DNA of 27,409 nucleotides. Origin: Promethearchaeota archaeon (GTDB taxonomy: Archaea; Asgardarchaeota; Lokiarchaeia; Sigyniarchaeales; SOKP01). Within the stretch, counting starts at the first letter, position 1; every line of letters begins with the position of its first letter. Location of the stretch: NCBI GenBank assembly GCA_016926735.1, contig JAFGOA010000086.1:1-27409 (forward strand), written 5' to 3'. This document shows positions 27,002-27,409 of the stretch, in pieces. Made by a program: the position numbers and the translations under genes. Under the pieces are notes generated by a model that did no database searches, was not told the DNA's origin, and saw only the letters and a list, made by a program, of their open reading frames with translations.

Positions 27002-27090
27002 TTTTTATAAATAGCCTCATTATATTTATTTAGTCAAGGGTATATTATATATAAAGGTTTGAGGTGTACTTTTCGAACTATTTTTTTACT

Positions 27091-27409
27091 ATGGAAAATG
27101 GATGCAAAATAACGGTTTTTTTAAAAAAAAAAAACTATAATTTATTTTTTCCAAGATTAACTTATCTATATATATCATTTCTAATAGATAGAATTTACAT
27201 AATTGGTCATTAATATTAAGGAAAATATAGAATTCCTGACTATATGTTACAGAATCCTTGATATAACGAACATAGACTCTTCATATATACTCTAACTTTA
27301 CAGAAATTAACATTGGAGTCGTGGGGAATCGAACGACAAATATATACAGAGTATATACACCATGTTAATTTTTTACCTTCAGGGTAAAAAAATACTTTCC
27401 TCAGTCTCT
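27091..27409. repeat. ~315-bp non-coding structured repeat, copy 2 (runs off the window end)
   Basis: Direct-orientation homolog of 24426-24740. Confidence 0.9.

Noticed and set aside
27305-27370. Integron attC site (AATTAAC...GTTAATT)
   Set aside because: The L boxes do not pair in attC geometry, the AAC is lost in copy 1, and there is no integrase in the window.
1-27409. CRISPR array or rRNA
   Set aside because: No regularly spaced short repeats and no extended GC-rich rRNA-like sequence were seen.

Overview
Very AT-rich archaeal DNA, most consistent with an Asgard archaeon of the Lokiarchaeia type. This is inferred from BRE/TATA-like promoters, near-leaderless starts, a surface protein ending in an IPGY-TM-KKRK (Loki-CTERM-like) signal, Asgard-style Ig repeats and PIP-box motifs. 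The window is an accessory region with many unrelated genes and several decayed ones. Main contents: a 942-aa secreted CBM30-Ig-GH9 cellulase with a C-terminal dockerin; a decayed double-glycine peptide plus C39 peptidase (bacteriocin-export) remnant beside it; a MacB/FtsX-type ABC transporter; a complete ISH3/IS4-like element (16-bp imperfect TIRs, 5-bp ATTAT target duplication) inserted just upstream of a beta-helix surface-protein gene that has an in-frame TGA; a radical SAM/HhH plus DUF4130 putative DNA-repair pair, both with C-terminal PIP-box-like motifs; a TetR/methyltransferase divergon with two operators; a decayed IS607 resolvase; and two copies of a ~315-bp structured non-coding repeat that flank a HEPN/MNT toxin-antitoxin pair and a secreted caspase-like peptidase. 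No rRNA, complete tRNA or CRISPR array was seen. All family calls come from motif recognition by eye, not from database searches.
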